A stretch of DNA of 64,000 bases from Ilumatobacteraceae bacterium (GTDB lineage: Bacteria; Actinomycetota; Acidimicrobiia; Acidimicrobiales; Ilumatobacteraceae): positions 6,317 through 70,316 of the forward strand of contig JAUMDU010000071.1 of NCBI GenBank assembly GCA_032121425.1, written 5' to 3'. This document shows, piece by piece, positions 1 through 9,547 of the stretch. The notes under the pieces were generated by a model that did no database searches, had not been told where the DNA came from, and saw nothing but the letters and a program-made list of their open reading frames with translations. Within the stretch, counting starts at the first letter, position 1. Each line of letters opens with the position of its first letter. Both the position numbers and the translations under genes were made by a program.

Positions 1-1
1 G

Positions 2-742
2 CTCAAGATGCGCTTCGAACTTGACCTTTATGTCAACCAGCGACCTTTCTCGGGTGTGGCCCCTGGTCATGTGACACCACACGATTTCATTTGTATTCGT
101 GAAAACACCGAAGGTCCATACGTTGGTGAAGGTGGCGTGTTGCGTAAAGGTACTCCCTATGAAGTAGCCACACAGGGAAGTGTCAACTCTCGTATGGGAG
201 TGGAGCGTTGTATTCGTTACGCCTTTGAGTTGGCCGCGCAAAGAGAGCGCAAGCATGTCACCTTGGTGCACAAGACAAACGTGTTGACCTTTGCTGGTGA
301 TTTGTGGCAGCGCGCATTCAACGATGTCGCAGCGCAGTTTCCGCAGGTGTCTACTGCTTATAACCATGTGGATGCCGCATGCATTTACTTCGTGCAAGAT
401 CCTCATCGCTACGACGTCATCGTGACAGACAATCTTTTTGGTGACATCCTCACAGATCTGGGCGGTGCTGTAAGTGGAGGAATTGGCTTGGCTTCTTCGG
501 CAAACCTCAACCCTGCGCGTACAGGTCCGTCAATGTTTGAACCTGTGCATGGCTCGGCACCCGACATCGTGGGTACTGGCAAGGCAAATCCCACAGCTGC
601 GATTTTGTCGGCGGCGTTGATGCTTGATTTCTTGGGCGAAAACACTGCTGGAGATGTCATTCGAGCCGCCTGTGCCACGGCACCGACGGGTTCCACCGTA
701 GAAATTGGAAACGCCATCGCCTCAGCGGTCGCTTCCCACTAA
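2..742 (+). CDS. leuB: 3-isopropylmalate dehydrogenase, 5'-truncated at the window edge
   Basis: The frame is open to nt 2. Motifs [30 protein letters not shown] and HGSAPDI are typical of the isopropylmalate/isocitrate dehydrogenase family. ilvE and a LeuA-family synthase lie next to it. Confidence 0.85.
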   Translation, partial: LKMRFELDLYVNQRPFSGVAPGHVTPHDFICIRENTEGPYVGEGGVLRKGTPYEVATQGSVNSRMGVERCIRYAFELAAQRERKHVTLVHKTNVLTFAGDLWQRAFNDVAAQFPQVSTAYNHVDAACIYFVQDPHRYDVIVTDNLFGDILTDLGGAVSGGIGLASSANLNPARTGPSMFEPVHGSAPDIVGTGKANPTAAILSAALMLDFLGENTAGDVIRAACATAPTGSTVEIGNAIASAVASH

Positions 743-773
743 TCTTCCCTCAACACTGCAACAAGGAGCTTGT

Positions 774-1691
774 ATGCCCACATTGGTCCCCACACCGAAA
801 ATTTGGATGAACGGAAATCTTGTTGATTGGGACAAGGCACAGGTGCATGTGTTGACACATACCTTGCATTACGGCACAGGAGTGTTTGAAGGTATTCGAG
901 CTTATGAATCAGCCGATGGTCCTGCAGTGTTTCGTCTTACCGAACACATTGAGCGTTTGTTTCGTAGCGCAAAAATTTTAGGGATGGAAATTCCGTACAC
1001 AGTGGAAGAACTTGTACAAGCCACTAAGGACACAGTGCGTTCTACTGGACTGCCAGGTTGCTACATTCGCCCGATTGCCTATTACGGGTACGGGGAAATG
1101 GGTCTGAATACTCTTCCTTGTTCTGTAGATGTTGCAATTGCGTGCTGGCCTTGGGGTGCATATTTGGGTGAAGAGGCATTGACCAAAGGTGTGCGCATGA
1201 AGATTTCTTCATGGAAGCGTCTTGATCACAACATGTTGCCACCAGCTGCAAAAACAGTTGCTAACTATGCAAACTCATCGTTGGCAAAAGTGGAAGCGTT
1301 GCGCGCTGGATACGACGAGGCAATTCTTTTGAACAACGAAGGTCTTGTCAGTGAGTGCACAGGCGAGAATCTTTTCGTTGTGCGTAACGGCACGGTGATT
1401 ACTCCGCCAATTTCTGCTGGTGCGCTCGAGGGCATCACTCAAGCCAGTGTCATCACCATTCTCGAAGACATGGGATACAAGGTAGAAAAAGGCAATATCG
1501 CCCGCTCCGATCTCTACATCGCAGAAGAAATCTTCTGTGTGGGTACTGCAGCCGAAGTCAGTGCCATCAACTCGGTCGATGACCGCTCTGTGCCTTGCCC
1601 AGGCCCCATCACCTTGAAGGTGGCCGATACCTACGGCAAGGCAGTCCGCGGTCAGATCGGCCAGTACAAATCCTGGTGTGAACTGGCCTAG
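774..1691 (+). CDS. ilvE: branched-chain amino acid aminotransferase (class IV)
   Basis: AAGGAG lies about 7 nt upstream of the ATG at 774; the listed ORF start at 705 overlaps leuB. The N-terminus IWMNGNLVDWDKAQVHVLTHTLHYGTGVFEGIRAY and the EGITQ motif are typical of IlvE. Confidence 0.9.
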   Translation: MPTLVPTPKIWMNGNLVDWDKAQVHVLTHTLHYGTGVFEGIRAYESADGPAVFRLTEHIERLFRSAKILGMEIPYTVEELVQATKDTVRSTGLPGCYIRPIAYYGYGEMGLNTLPCSVDVAIACWPWGAYLGEEALTKGVRMKISSWKRLDHNMLPPAAKTVANYANSSLAKVEALRAGYDEAILLNNEGLVSECTGENLFVVRNGTVITPPISAGALEGITQASVITILEDMGYKVEKGNIARSDLYIAEEIFCVGTAAEVSAINSVDDRSVPCPGPITLKVADTYGKAVRGQIGQYKSWCELA

Positions 1692-1819
1692 AGGTCTCTA
1701 GAAGGGGCTCTGGGGCCTCTCTGGGGCTCAGAAATCTATTAAATATGCTGTGTTAATCCACAGCGAATTTCTTCATCCATAGGGGTTTTAAGGTTTGTCC
1801 ACAAGTTTGCCCACAGGGG

Positions 1820-1848
1820 TTGACGAAGCCTGTGGGTGAGGCGATACT
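1820..1848 (+). promoter_or_regulatory. sigma-70/SigA-like promoter (TTGACG-17 nt-GATACT) driving a leaderless leader peptide
   Basis: TTGACG is at 1820-1825, followed by a 17-nt spacer and GATACT at 1843-1848. The leader ATG at 1856 sits 7-8 nt past the -10 element with no SD, consistent with a leaderless transcript. Confidence 0.5.
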
Positions 1849-1855
1849 TAAGTCC

Positions 1856-1921
1856 ATGTTCACCGTTTTGACCTCCAACCGCATCGCCGGTTCGTCAGAC
1901 GCCATCATCATTATTCTCTAG
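1856..1921 (+). CDS. 21-aa Ile-rich attenuation leader peptide (MFTVLTSNRIAGSSDAIIIIL)
   Basis: I translated this by hand. Four consecutive Ile codons plus Leu come just before the TAG stop. A hairpin and an intrinsic terminator follow immediately, upstream of the CimA/LeuA-family gene. Confidence 0.6.
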   Translation: MFTVLTSNRIAGSSDAIIIIL

Positions 1922-1951
1922 CGCACGCCGGCCTCCGACGTGCGCGTTTCC

Positions 1952-1975
1952 GCCGCCGAAAAGGGCGGCTTTTTC
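1952..1975 (+). terminator. intrinsic terminator (attenuator) GCCGCC-gaaaag-GGCGGC-TTTTT
   Basis: A perfect 6-bp GC stem (1952-1957 with 1964-1969) is followed by a T5 run. A second hairpin, GCGCACG(1921-1927)/CGTGCGC(1939-1945), precedes it. The element lies 68 nt upstream of the synthase start codon. Confidence 0.7.
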
Positions 1976-2042
1976 ATTTCTCAAAACACCTCACCGGTGT
2001 ATTCAGCCGACAGACTTACGTAATCCAAATGGAGACAACCCA

Positions 2043-3629
2043 ATGACACAGACACCCACACAATTAGAGATGGTCGAAGCCTTCGACACCACTTTGCGCG
2101 ATGGAATGCAAGTGGAAGGCGTATCGGCAACTGTTGAAGACAAACTTCGCATCGCAGAACAACTCGACTACCTCGGTGTGCATTTCATTGAAGGTGGTTG
2201 GCCAGGGGCGAACCCTAAAGACATCGAGTTTTTCGCACGTGCGTCAAAGGAGTTGAAGTTACACAACTCCACTCTTGTGGCTTTTGGATCAACGCGTCGT
2301 CCTGCAGGAAAAGTTGACGATGATGTGACCTTGCGCAACCTGTTGGATGCCAATACGTCTGCGGTGTGCATTGTTGCCAAGTCATGGGATTACCACGTGA
2401 CGAATGCATTACAGACAACACTTGAAGAAGGTGTTGCGATGGTGGCAGATTCTGTTGATTTTTTGAATCTCAATGGTCGTCGCGTACTTGTTGACCTCGA
2501 ACATTTCTTTGATGGCTATAAGAACAATCCTGAATTTGCGATGCAGGTCATTGAAGCTGCTGTGATGAAGGGTGCCACCCATTTGGTGTTGTGTGATACC
2601 AACGGTGGTTCTTTGCCGCACGAAGTTGCCGACATCGTGGGACGTGTGAAGTCGTTTGTGGGAAATGACGCCACTTTGGGAATCCATTGTCATGATGACA
2701 CTGGGTGTGCAGTAGCGAACTCAATGGCCGCAGTCATTGCTGGCGTGCGTCATGTACAAGGCACATTGAATGGCTTAGGTGAAAGAACGGGAAACACCAA
2801 TCTCACCACGGTCATTCCAAACTTGCAGTTGAAAATGGGCTTTCAGTGTCTACCCGAGGGCCATCTGGATCGATTGACAGCAGTGAGTAATCACGTGGCA
2901 GAGGTTCTTAATCGTCCGCTGAATCCTCAGGCGCCATATGTGGGTGCGTCTGCATTCGCCCATAAAGCAGGGCTGCATGTCTCGGCAATTGCACGAGCAA
3001 AAGACGCCTACGAGCACGTAGCTCCGGAGACCGTAGGTAATGGAACACGCTTTGTTGTTTCAGAGATGGCAGGTCGTGCCACCATTCAAATGAAAGCCGA
3101 AGAACTAAAACTGGAGATGGATGGAGCAGCTGTCAACCAAGTGATTGATGACTTGAAGCGCCTGGAGCATGAGGGCTACCACTTTGAAGCAGCTGATGCG
3201 TCTCTTGAATTGTTGATGCGTCGGGCATCAGGGTGGCAACAAGATGCATTCCGCGTGGAATCTATGCGTGTCATCACCGATGAAACTGCTGATGGCCGAT
3301 TCACCACTGAGGCCACTGTCAAGGTGTGGGTGGGCGATGATCGCTATGTGCACACCGCAGAGGGAAACGGCCCTGTGAATGCCATCGATACAGCATTTCG
3401 TGCCGCTTTAGCATCTCGATATCCGCAACTCAATAAAGTGCACCTCACCGACTACAAAGTGCGCATTCTCGATGGTGCAACTGCAACTGGCGCGGTGACT
3501 CGAGTGTTGATTGACGCCACTAACGGGGACCGTTCATGGACAACCATTGGCGTGTCCGCCAACATCATTGAGGCGTCATGGCAAGCGTTGGAAGAGTCAC
3601 TGATTTACGGGCTTTTACACGCTTCGTAA
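2043..3629 (+). CDS. cimA: citramalate synthase / 2-isopropylmalate synthase family protein (CimA-type, 528 aa)
   Basis: GGAGA SD upstream. The N-terminus FDTTLRDGMQVEGVS...DKLRIAEQLDYLGVHFIEGGWPGANPKDIEFF, the HCHDDTGCAVANS motif and a C-terminal LeuA-dimer-type regulatory domain fit. Length and N-terminus match the short CimA clade better than long LeuA. Confidence 0.75.
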   Translation: MTQTPTQLEMVEAFDTTLRDGMQVEGVSATVEDKLRIAEQLDYLGVHFIEGGWPGANPKDIEFFARASKELKLHNSTLVAFGSTRRPAGKVDDDVTLRNLLDANTSAVCIVAKSWDYHVTNALQTTLEEGVAMVADSVDFLNLNGRRVLVDLEHFFDGYKNNPEFAMQVIEAAVMKGATHLVLCDTNGGSLPHEVADIVGRVKSFVGNDATLGIHCHDDTGCAVANSMAAVIAGVRHVQGTLNGLGERTGNTNLTTVIPNLQLKMGFQCLPEGHLDRLTAVSNHVAEVLNRPLNPQAPYVGASAFAHKAGLHVSAIARAKDAYEHVAPETVGNGTRFVVSEMAGRATIQMKAEELKLEMDGAAVNQVIDDLKRLEHEGYHFEAADASLELLMRRASGWQQDAFRVESMRVITDETADGRFTTEATVKVWVGDDRYVHTAEGNGPVNAIDTAFRAALASRYPQLNKVHLTDYKVRILDGATATGAVTRVLIDATNGDRSWTTIGVSANIIEASWQALEESLIYGLLHAS

Positions 3630-3676
3630 TCGTTGTCTTCACTCAGTGTTGAATAGGGGCGTAGAGTCTGTGGTCT

Positions 3677-4204
3677 ATGGCCACACCGCGATATGCCCCC
3701 GTTTCTCCAGTTGAGCCGGTTCGTTACTACGAATCTCCAGAGGTGATTCCCGACAATTGGAGCCCCGGTCGTCCTGGCGAAATTGAAGGTCGCCAACCAG
3801 TTGGTGAGCGTCTTGGATATCAAGGTCCCGATCAGGGCTACATCATCACATTGGCGGAGCGTGCGCGCACTCGCATCAAGGTTGCAGCTGGCGAATCAGT
3901 AGATGACGCATTGCGCGGTTGTTCACTCATCGCATTACGCCGAGCATCTCTTTTTGGTCGCGCACCTGCTGTGCATGATCTCAATCTTGCATTAAGCCTG
4001 TGGGGATTTCTTTCCGACTCTCCTGCGCCTGATCTTGTGACCGTGCGTAAAGAGTTGTTTATTGGAGTTGGTCATGTGCACCACTACAAAGAAGGTCGTG
4101 CCTTGGCCGACATGGTGCCAGAGTCCACCTTGCGCATGACCCCGGAACAAGTGCAGGCACGAAGTGTGTCGGAGTGGCGAGTTTTGACGGGGTACACACG
4201 ATGA
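3677..4204 (+). CDS. conserved hypothetical protein
   Basis: 175-aa ORF with coding-like composition. It is translationally coupled (ATGA) to the downstream ACAD. I recognise no motif. Confidence 0.5.
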   Translation: MATPRYAPVSPVEPVRYYESPEVIPDNWSPGRPGEIEGRQPVGERLGYQGPDQGYIITLAERARTRIKVAAGESVDDALRGCSLIALRRASLFGRAPAVHDLNLALSLWGFLSDSPAPDLVTVRKELFIGVGHVHHYKEGRALADMVPESTLRMTPEQVQARSVSEWRVLTGYTR

Positions 4205-5985
4205 CTATCTATTCTGCTCCTTTGAATGACATTCAATTTGTATTGAATGATTTCTGTCGACTTTCCGACATCATGGCTCTGCCGAAGTTTGCTGATCTAG
4301 ATCCAGCAACTGTGCCTGACTTGCTTGCTGAAGCAGCACGTTTTTTTGAAGAGACCTTTGCGCCTTTGAACTCGGTAGGTGACACTGTGGGGTCTCATCG
4401 AAACGATGACGGATCAGTGACAACACCTGCGGGCTTCAAAGAGGCCTACAGCGCTTATGTGGAAGCCGGCTGGGGGGCGGTGGGATTTGATCCTGGCTTT
4501 GGTGGCGGAGGATTTCCTTGGCTTGTCAACATTGCACTGCAAGAAATAATGAACTCAGCCAACATGGCTTTGACGATGGCGCCACTGCTTACCCAAGGCG
4601 CCATTGATGCGATTATGCATCACGGCGATGAAATTCAACGCATGACCTATCTGCCCAAGATGATCTCGGGACAATGGACAGGCACGATGAATCTCACAGA
4701 GCCCGATGCGGGCAGTGATGTGGGTGCAGTGCGCACAAAAGCTGTACAGCAAAATGATGGTTCGTATCTGATTAGTGGCACAAAGATTTACATCACCTTT
4801 GGTGAACACGATATGGCTGAAAACATCGTGCACTTAGTTTTGGCTCGTACACCTGATGCGCCTCCCGGAACTAAAGGCATTTCCTGTTTTATTGTGCCGA
4901 AGTTTCTTCTTGACGAAAAAGGAAATCCAAGTGCCCGCAATGATGTGCACTGTGTGAGCATCGAACACAAAACAGGCATTAAAGCTAGCCCTACCTGTGT
5001 GTTGTCGTTTGGTGACAATGGTGGTGCAGTGGGATATCTCATTGGAGAAGAAAATCGCGGCATGGCCTACATGTTCACCATGATGAACCAGGCTCGTCTT
5101 GGAGTGGGATTAGAAGGCCTTGCTCTCATCGAGCGTGCATATCAACAGTCTTTGGAATATGCCGGATTACGTAAACAAGGCCGTGCGCCTGGTGCCCCCG
5201 TTGGTGAAGCATCTCCCATTGTTGATCACCCTGATGTCAAGCGCATGTTGCTAACAATGAAGAGCACCATTGAGGCTTTGCGACGGGTGATCTATTGGAA
5301 TGCTGCGTGTTTGGATATCGCTGCTCATCATCCCGATGCTGCTGAACGTGAAAAAGCAAATGACATGGCTGCACTGTTGACTCCTATCTCTAAGGGGTGG
5401 GGTACCGACATGGCTGTTGAGTTAACCGGTATGGCAGTGCAGATTCATGGCGGTATGGGCTTTATTGAAGAAACTGGCGTAGCTCAGCATTATCGCGACG
5501 CACGTATCACCACCATTTATGAAGGCACAAATGGCATTCAAGCTATGGATCTTGTCGGTCGCAAGTTACCGATGAAGGGTGGCGCCGTGGTGATGGGCTT
5601 GTTCGACGAGATTGCATCTATTGATTCACATCTTATGAAGCACGCAGAAAGCGTGCAGATTGCGACTCAACTACGCAGTGCTCTTTCCGCAGTGCGCACA
5701 ACAACTCAATGGCTCATGGATAACGCTGCGTCACAGACCGCAGTGTTGTCTGCTGCGACGCCCTATCTTCGCCAGTTATCTGTATTGGTTGGCGGATATG
5801 TCATGGCTAAATCAGCTGATATGGCCTTGCATTCCACGATGCCGGATGAACACAAGGCGGCCAAGATCGGCTCGGCGCGATTTTTCTGTGAGCAGATTCT
5901 TCCTTCGGTGCACGGTTTAAGTGCTGCAGTGATGGGAGACGACGAGTTGCTGATGTCGTTTGACCAGACTCGCTTGGCGCTTTAA
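4201..5985 (+). CDS. long acyl-CoA dehydrogenase (FadE5-like, with extra C-terminal domain)
   Basis: The ATG at 4201 overlaps the upstream stop. ACAD motifs are present (TEPDAGSD, GTKIYITFGEHD, IHGGMGFIEETG..YRDARITTIYEGTNGIQ). The ~595 aa length is typical of the long FadE class. Confidence 0.85.
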   Translation: MTIYSAPLNDIQFVLNDFCRLSDIMALPKFADLDPATVPDLLAEAARFFEETFAPLNSVGDTVGSHRNDDGSVTTPAGFKEAYSAYVEAGWGAVGFDPGFGGGGFPWLVNIALQEIMNSANMALTMAPLLTQGAIDAIMHHGDEIQRMTYLPKMISGQWTGTMNLTEPDAGSDVGAVRTKAVQQNDGSYLISGTKIYITFGEHDMAENIVHLVLARTPDAPPGTKGISCFIVPKFLLDEKGNPSARNDVHCVSIEHKTGIKASPTCVLSFGDNGGAVGYLIGEENRGMAYMFTMMNQARLGVGLEGLALIERAYQQSLEYAGLRKQGRAPGAPVGEASPIVDHPDVKRMLLTMKSTIEALRRVIYWNAACLDIAAHHPDAAEREKANDMAALLTPISKGWGTDMAVELTGMAVQIHGGMGFIEETGVAQHYRDARITTIYEGTNGIQAMDLVGRKLPMKGGAVVMGLFDEIASIDSHLMKHAESVQIATQLRSALSAVRTTTQWLMDNAASQTAVLSAATPYLRQLSVLVGGYVMAKSADMALHSTMPDEHKAAKIGSARFFCEQILPSVHGLSAAVMGDDELLMSFDQTRLAL

Positions 5986-5995
5986 AAATTCTTCC

Positions 5996-6379
5996 CTACA
6001 GGTCAATGGCGTGGGCGCGCAGTGCGTCCATGTCGCAGAATTCTGCGGCTGCAATGTGTGTGCTTGCAAGTTTCACCTGTGGTGCATGTCCTGCTTCGAA
6101 TGCCTCTTGCCAACGGGGTGCGCACAAGCACCACTGGTCGCCGGCAACTAGACCGGGGAAACCATATTGAGGCATTGGAGTGGAGAGATCATTTCCTGCA
6201 TCTTTGGAGAACTGTAAGAACTCCTCAGTCATTACTGCACATACTGCGTGCACTCCCACATCATCTCCACCCACTTCGCAACATCCTGTGCGGTAAAAGC
6301 CCGTCATGGGAGAGGTGCAACATGTCTGAAGCGGTTCTCCAAGAACATTAAGTTGATCAGTTGAGGTGAAACCGTCCAT
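5996..6379 (-). CDS. DUF2237 family protein
   Basis: 127 aa. NVLGEPLQTCC..PMTGFYRTGCC..HAVCAVMTEEFLQFS..GNDLSTP..WCLCAPRW is a characteristic DUF2237 pattern. Confidence 0.8.
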   Translation of the reverse strand: MDGFTSTDQLNVLGEPLQTCCTSPMTGFYRTGCCEVGGDDVGVHAVCAVMTEEFLQFSKDAGNDLSTPMPQYGFPGLVAGDQWCLCAPRWQEAFEAGHAPQVKLASTHIAAAEFCDMDALRAHAIDL

Positions 6380-6436
6380 GGGGCAACGCTATCCGTGCCC
6401 ATAGTGGGCCTTGTGTGACAAGTAGCCTGAGACGGC

Positions 6437-7840
6437 ATGTCTGAGTCACCTCGTTACCGTTTCGCCCCTTCACCTACGGGTTTTTTCCATGTGGGCGGCG
6501 CTCGAACTGCTTTGTATAACTGGGCCCTCACATTGCGCACCGGCGGCACTTTTGTTTTGCGCATTGAAGACACCGATGAATCACGTAATAGTCCAGAATG
6601 GACCCAAGGAATCATTGAGGCGATGTCCTGGCTGGGAATCGATGCATCGCATCCTCAGTTTGAAGGACCATATTTTCAGTCGGCCAACGCAGACAAACAT
6701 GTAGCGGCAGCTCATCAACTGTATGAGCAAGGTGCTGCGTACTGGTGCGATATGACATCAGAACAAATACAAGAACGCGCCAAAGAAACTGGCAAGCAAG
6801 GCTATGACGGCTATTCCCGTGATCGCGGTCTAGAACCCGGCCCTGGTCGTGTGTTGCGCTTTCGTGTACCCGACGGTGTCACGGTTGTTCATGACCTGGT
6901 GCGCGGTGATGTGGAATTCTCGAACAACACAATTGAAGATTTCGTTTTGTTACGCGGTAACGGCACTCCAATGTTTCTCTTGGCAAATGTGGTCGACGAC
7001 ATTGAGATGCGAATCACACATGTGGTGCGCGCAGAAGAACATCTTCCCAACACGCCCAAGCAACAGTTGATATGGAGTGCCTTGGGCAAGTCATCACCTA
7101 TTTGGGCCCATGTGCCCGTATTGGTGAATGAACAACGCAAAAAACTTTCCAAGAGACGCGACAAAGTAGCACTTGAGCAATACCGCGAGGAAGGCATCTT
7201 GGCCGATGCAATGATCAACTATTTGATGACATTGGGTTGGGCACCTGCGGGTGACAACGAAATTGTTCCGTGGTCACAGATGGTTGAAGAGTTCCGTTTG
7301 GAAAACGTGAATCACTCGCCAGCTTTTTTTGATATCAAGAAACTCACTGCATTCAATGGTGAATATATTCGCGCGTTATCACCTGAATCCTTCGTGTCTG
7401 CTTGTGCGCCATTCCTTACACAGGGCTCATGGCCTGCTGACAAATTTGATGCATCGGTGTTTGATGTAGTTGCCCCACTTGTGCATACCCGCGTGGCCAC
7501 ATTGTCTGAAGTACCCGCAATGGTTGATTTCTTTTTCCTTGATGAACCCGTCATGGATGATGCGGCGTGGAATAAGACAATGTCTGCTGATTTTGCGCGC
7601 GATGTTGTCGCTGATTTTTGCGCGGCAGCACCTGGAATGGACTGGACTCACGATGTGCTCAAACAGCATCTGGAAACATGGTCAACTGAGCGCGAACTTA
7701 AATTAGGTAAGACACAAGCACCGATTCGAGTTGCAGTGACGGGGCGAACAGTTGGGCCACCACTATTTGAAAGCATTGAGATTTTGGGTCGTGACGAGAC
7801 AATCAAGAGATTGACAACTGCTCTGTCGCGAATGGGATAA
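6437..7840 (+). CDS. gltX: glutamyl-tRNA synthetase
   Basis: [22 protein letters not shown] is the HIGH region and KLSKRR the KMSKS-like region. Length 467 aa. tRNA-Gln and tRNA-Glu lie downstream. Confidence 0.95.
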   Translation: MSESPRYRFAPSPTGFFHVGGARTALYNWALTLRTGGTFVLRIEDTDESRNSPEWTQGIIEAMSWLGIDASHPQFEGPYFQSANADKHVAAAHQLYEQGAAYWCDMTSEQIQERAKETGKQGYDGYSRDRGLEPGPGRVLRFRVPDGVTVVHDLVRGDVEFSNNTIEDFVLLRGNGTPMFLLANVVDDIEMRITHVVRAEEHLPNTPKQQLIWSALGKSSPIWAHVPVLVNEQRKKLSKRRDKVALEQYREEGILADAMINYLMTLGWAPAGDNEIVPWSQMVEEFRLENVNHSPAFFDIKKLTAFNGEYIRALSPESFVSACAPFLTQGSWPADKFDASVFDVVAPLVHTRVATLSEVPAMVDFFFLDEPVMDDAAWNKTMSADFARDVVADFCAAAPGMDWTHDVLKQHLETWSTERELKLGKTQAPIRVAVTGRTVGPPLFESIEILGRDETIKRLTTALSRMG

Positions 7841-7844
7841 CCGC

Positions 7845-8453
7845 ATGCGCCTTGTGCTTTCTTGCACGCTGCGACTGATCAGTGCAGCGTGTCTCGCTGG
7901 ATTTTTGTACGTGGTGGTTGTAGGTATCACAGTGGTGAATGCGGGTACCCGTGATGCTGGACGCACAGCCGATGTCATTGTGGTGATGGGTGCGGCGCAA
8001 TACGACGGGCGACCATCAGAATTGCTCGAATCTCGTTTGGCCCATGCGTTGTTGCTGTGGAAAGACCAGCAGAGAGCACCGCTCATAGCAGTCACTGGCG
8101 GTAAGCAAGAGGGCGATCGATTTACTGAATCTGAAGCGAGTGCACAGTGGTTAATTGAGAACGGTGTCGAAGCTGGCGTGATTCTTCAGGAGAATATTGG
8201 GCAATCGACCTGGCAGTCCTTGAATGAATTAACGCCTACATTGAAAAACAATTCAGTGACGAACGTGGTGATGGTGACAAGTGATTGGCACGCCGCACGA
8301 TCTGCTTTAACGCTTGAGGAAATGGGGTTTTCGGTGTCTACATCTGCAATAGACAGCCCCACACCTTCGTTACAGCGATGGCTGAGAGAAACAGCCGGTG
8401 TGGCTGTTGGTCGCATTATTGGTTTTGAGGAGCTTTTTACCCTTACTGGGTAA
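7845..8453 (+). CDS. YdcF/ElyC-like DUF218 domain protein with N-terminal TM anchor
   Basis: Hydrophobic N-terminus. VIVVMGAAQYDGRPSELLESRL..IAVTGGKQEGDRFTESEA matches the DUF218 pattern. Confidence 0.7.
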   Translation: MRLVLSCTLRLISAACLAGFLYVVVVGITVVNAGTRDAGRTADVIVVMGAAQYDGRPSELLESRLAHALLLWKDQQRAPLIAVTGGKQEGDRFTESEASAQWLIENGVEAGVILQENIGQSTWQSLNELTPTLKNNSVTNVVMVTSDWHAARSALTLEEMGFSVSTSAIDSPTPSLQRWLRETAGVAVGRIIGFEELFTLTG

Positions 8454-8487
8454 TAGGGCCTACTCAAGTCGTACTTATACTTCTCCC

Positions 8488-9126
8488 GTGGGAAATACCG
8501 TAAAGAAGAGCACAACCGATCGACCATCGGGTGAGCGGGAAAAAACAAAAGATGCTCTTTTGCGTGTAGCGATTGCAGCCATCGAAGAAGTGGGCGAGGC
8601 CCATGTGCGCCTTGACGACATCTTGCGTGACGCTGATGCATCGGTGAGTTCCTTGTATCACCACTATGGAAACATGCGTGGCTTACTAGACGAAGCGCAG
8701 TTGGCGCGATTTGATGCTGAGACAGGCAACAACATCAAGGTTTTTCATGACGCAGTGTTGCGAGTGCGGAATAAGGATGAATTCAAAGTTCTTGTCCGGA
8801 ACACAGTTCAAGAAGCTTTTTCTCCATCAAGGGCTCATAATCGTTCTTCTGCGGTGAACGCATTCGGCAGCATTTTTGAGACACCCAATGTAAAAGGGCG
8901 AGTAGTAGCTCTTGAGAGAGCGCACATTGCAATGTTGACTTATGCAATTTCCCATGCAAGATCACAAGGTTTTGTTCGTGACGATCTTGATGTTGAGGGT
9001 TTTTCCGCATGGTTGATGGGTTTAACTTTCGCCCGCGTGATTCCCGACATTATGAATGATGAGGCGATTGTGGATAGCTGGATGGAGATGACCATTGAGT
9101 CCATCAACCATCTCTTGGGTCTGTAA
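8488..9126 (+). CDS. TetR family transcriptional regulator
   Basis: HTH region ALLRVAIAAIEEVGEAHVRLDDILRDADASVSSLYHHYGNMRGLL. I placed the start at the GTG at 8488 to avoid overlapping the upstream gene; this start is uncertain. Confidence 0.7.
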   Translation: MGNTVKKSTTDRPSGEREKTKDALLRVAIAAIEEVGEAHVRLDDILRDADASVSSLYHHYGNMRGLLDEAQLARFDAETGNNIKVFHDAVLRVRNKDEFKVLVRNTVQEAFSPSRAHNRSSAVNAFGSIFETPNVKGRVVALERAHIAMLTYAISHARSQGFVRDDLDVEGFSAWLMGLTFARVIPDIMNDEAIVDSWMEMTIESINHLLGL

Positions 9127-9194
9127 TACCTTCGGAGTTGCGGCAAGAATTCTGTGGTAGGGGACACTGAGCACCGCTACAATTTCTGATGCAC

Positions 9195-9269
9195 TGGGGA
9201 ATGGTGTAATTGGCAACACAGCAGTTTCTGGTACTGTTATTCAGGGTTCGAGTCCTTGTTCCCCAACCA
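9195..9269 (+). tRNA. tRNA-Gln (anticodon CTG), CCA encoded
   Basis: Cloverleaf folded by hand. The 7-bp acceptor stem is TGGGGAA/TTCCCCA, the D stem GTGT/ACAC, the anticodon stem GCAGT/ACTGT with loop TTCTGGT, and the T arm CAGGG-TTCGAGT-CCTTG. Confidence 0.9.
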
Positions 9270-9315
9270 CTTGGCGCAATTACGGCCATCGCAGATAGCC
9301 TGACACCCGCTACAG

Positions 9316-9391
9316 GCTCCCATCGTCTAGTGGCCTAGGACACCACCCTCTCAAGGTGGCGGCACGGGTTCGAATCCCGTTGGGAGTGCCA
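9316..9391 (+). tRNA. tRNA-Glu (anticodon CTC), CCA encoded
   Basis: Folded by hand. The acceptor stem is GCTCCCA/TGGGAGT, the D arm GTCTAGTGGCCTAGGAC, the anticodon stem CCACC/GGTGG with loop CTCTCAA, and the T arm ACGGG-TTCGAAT-CCCGT. Confidence 0.9.
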
Positions 9392-9547
9392 ATCGCTTAT
9401 CGCAACATAGAGAAGTGGCTTCTGAAAACAGACACAATGTTTCTCGTCTGCAATCGCTACATGAAGTGCCACGAACCTGTCACGAACGGACAAGCTCATT
9501 GAGCTCGGCAAGTTCTGATGTTCTAGGGGTGATTAGAGTAGGGCCAG

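Noticed and set aside
1692-1740. G-rich direct repeats (GGGGCTCTGGGGCCTCTCTGGGGCTC) after ilvE, considered as a possible terminator
   Set aside because: They are direct repeats, not inverted, so no stable stem forms, and no T-run follows. I cannot support a function.
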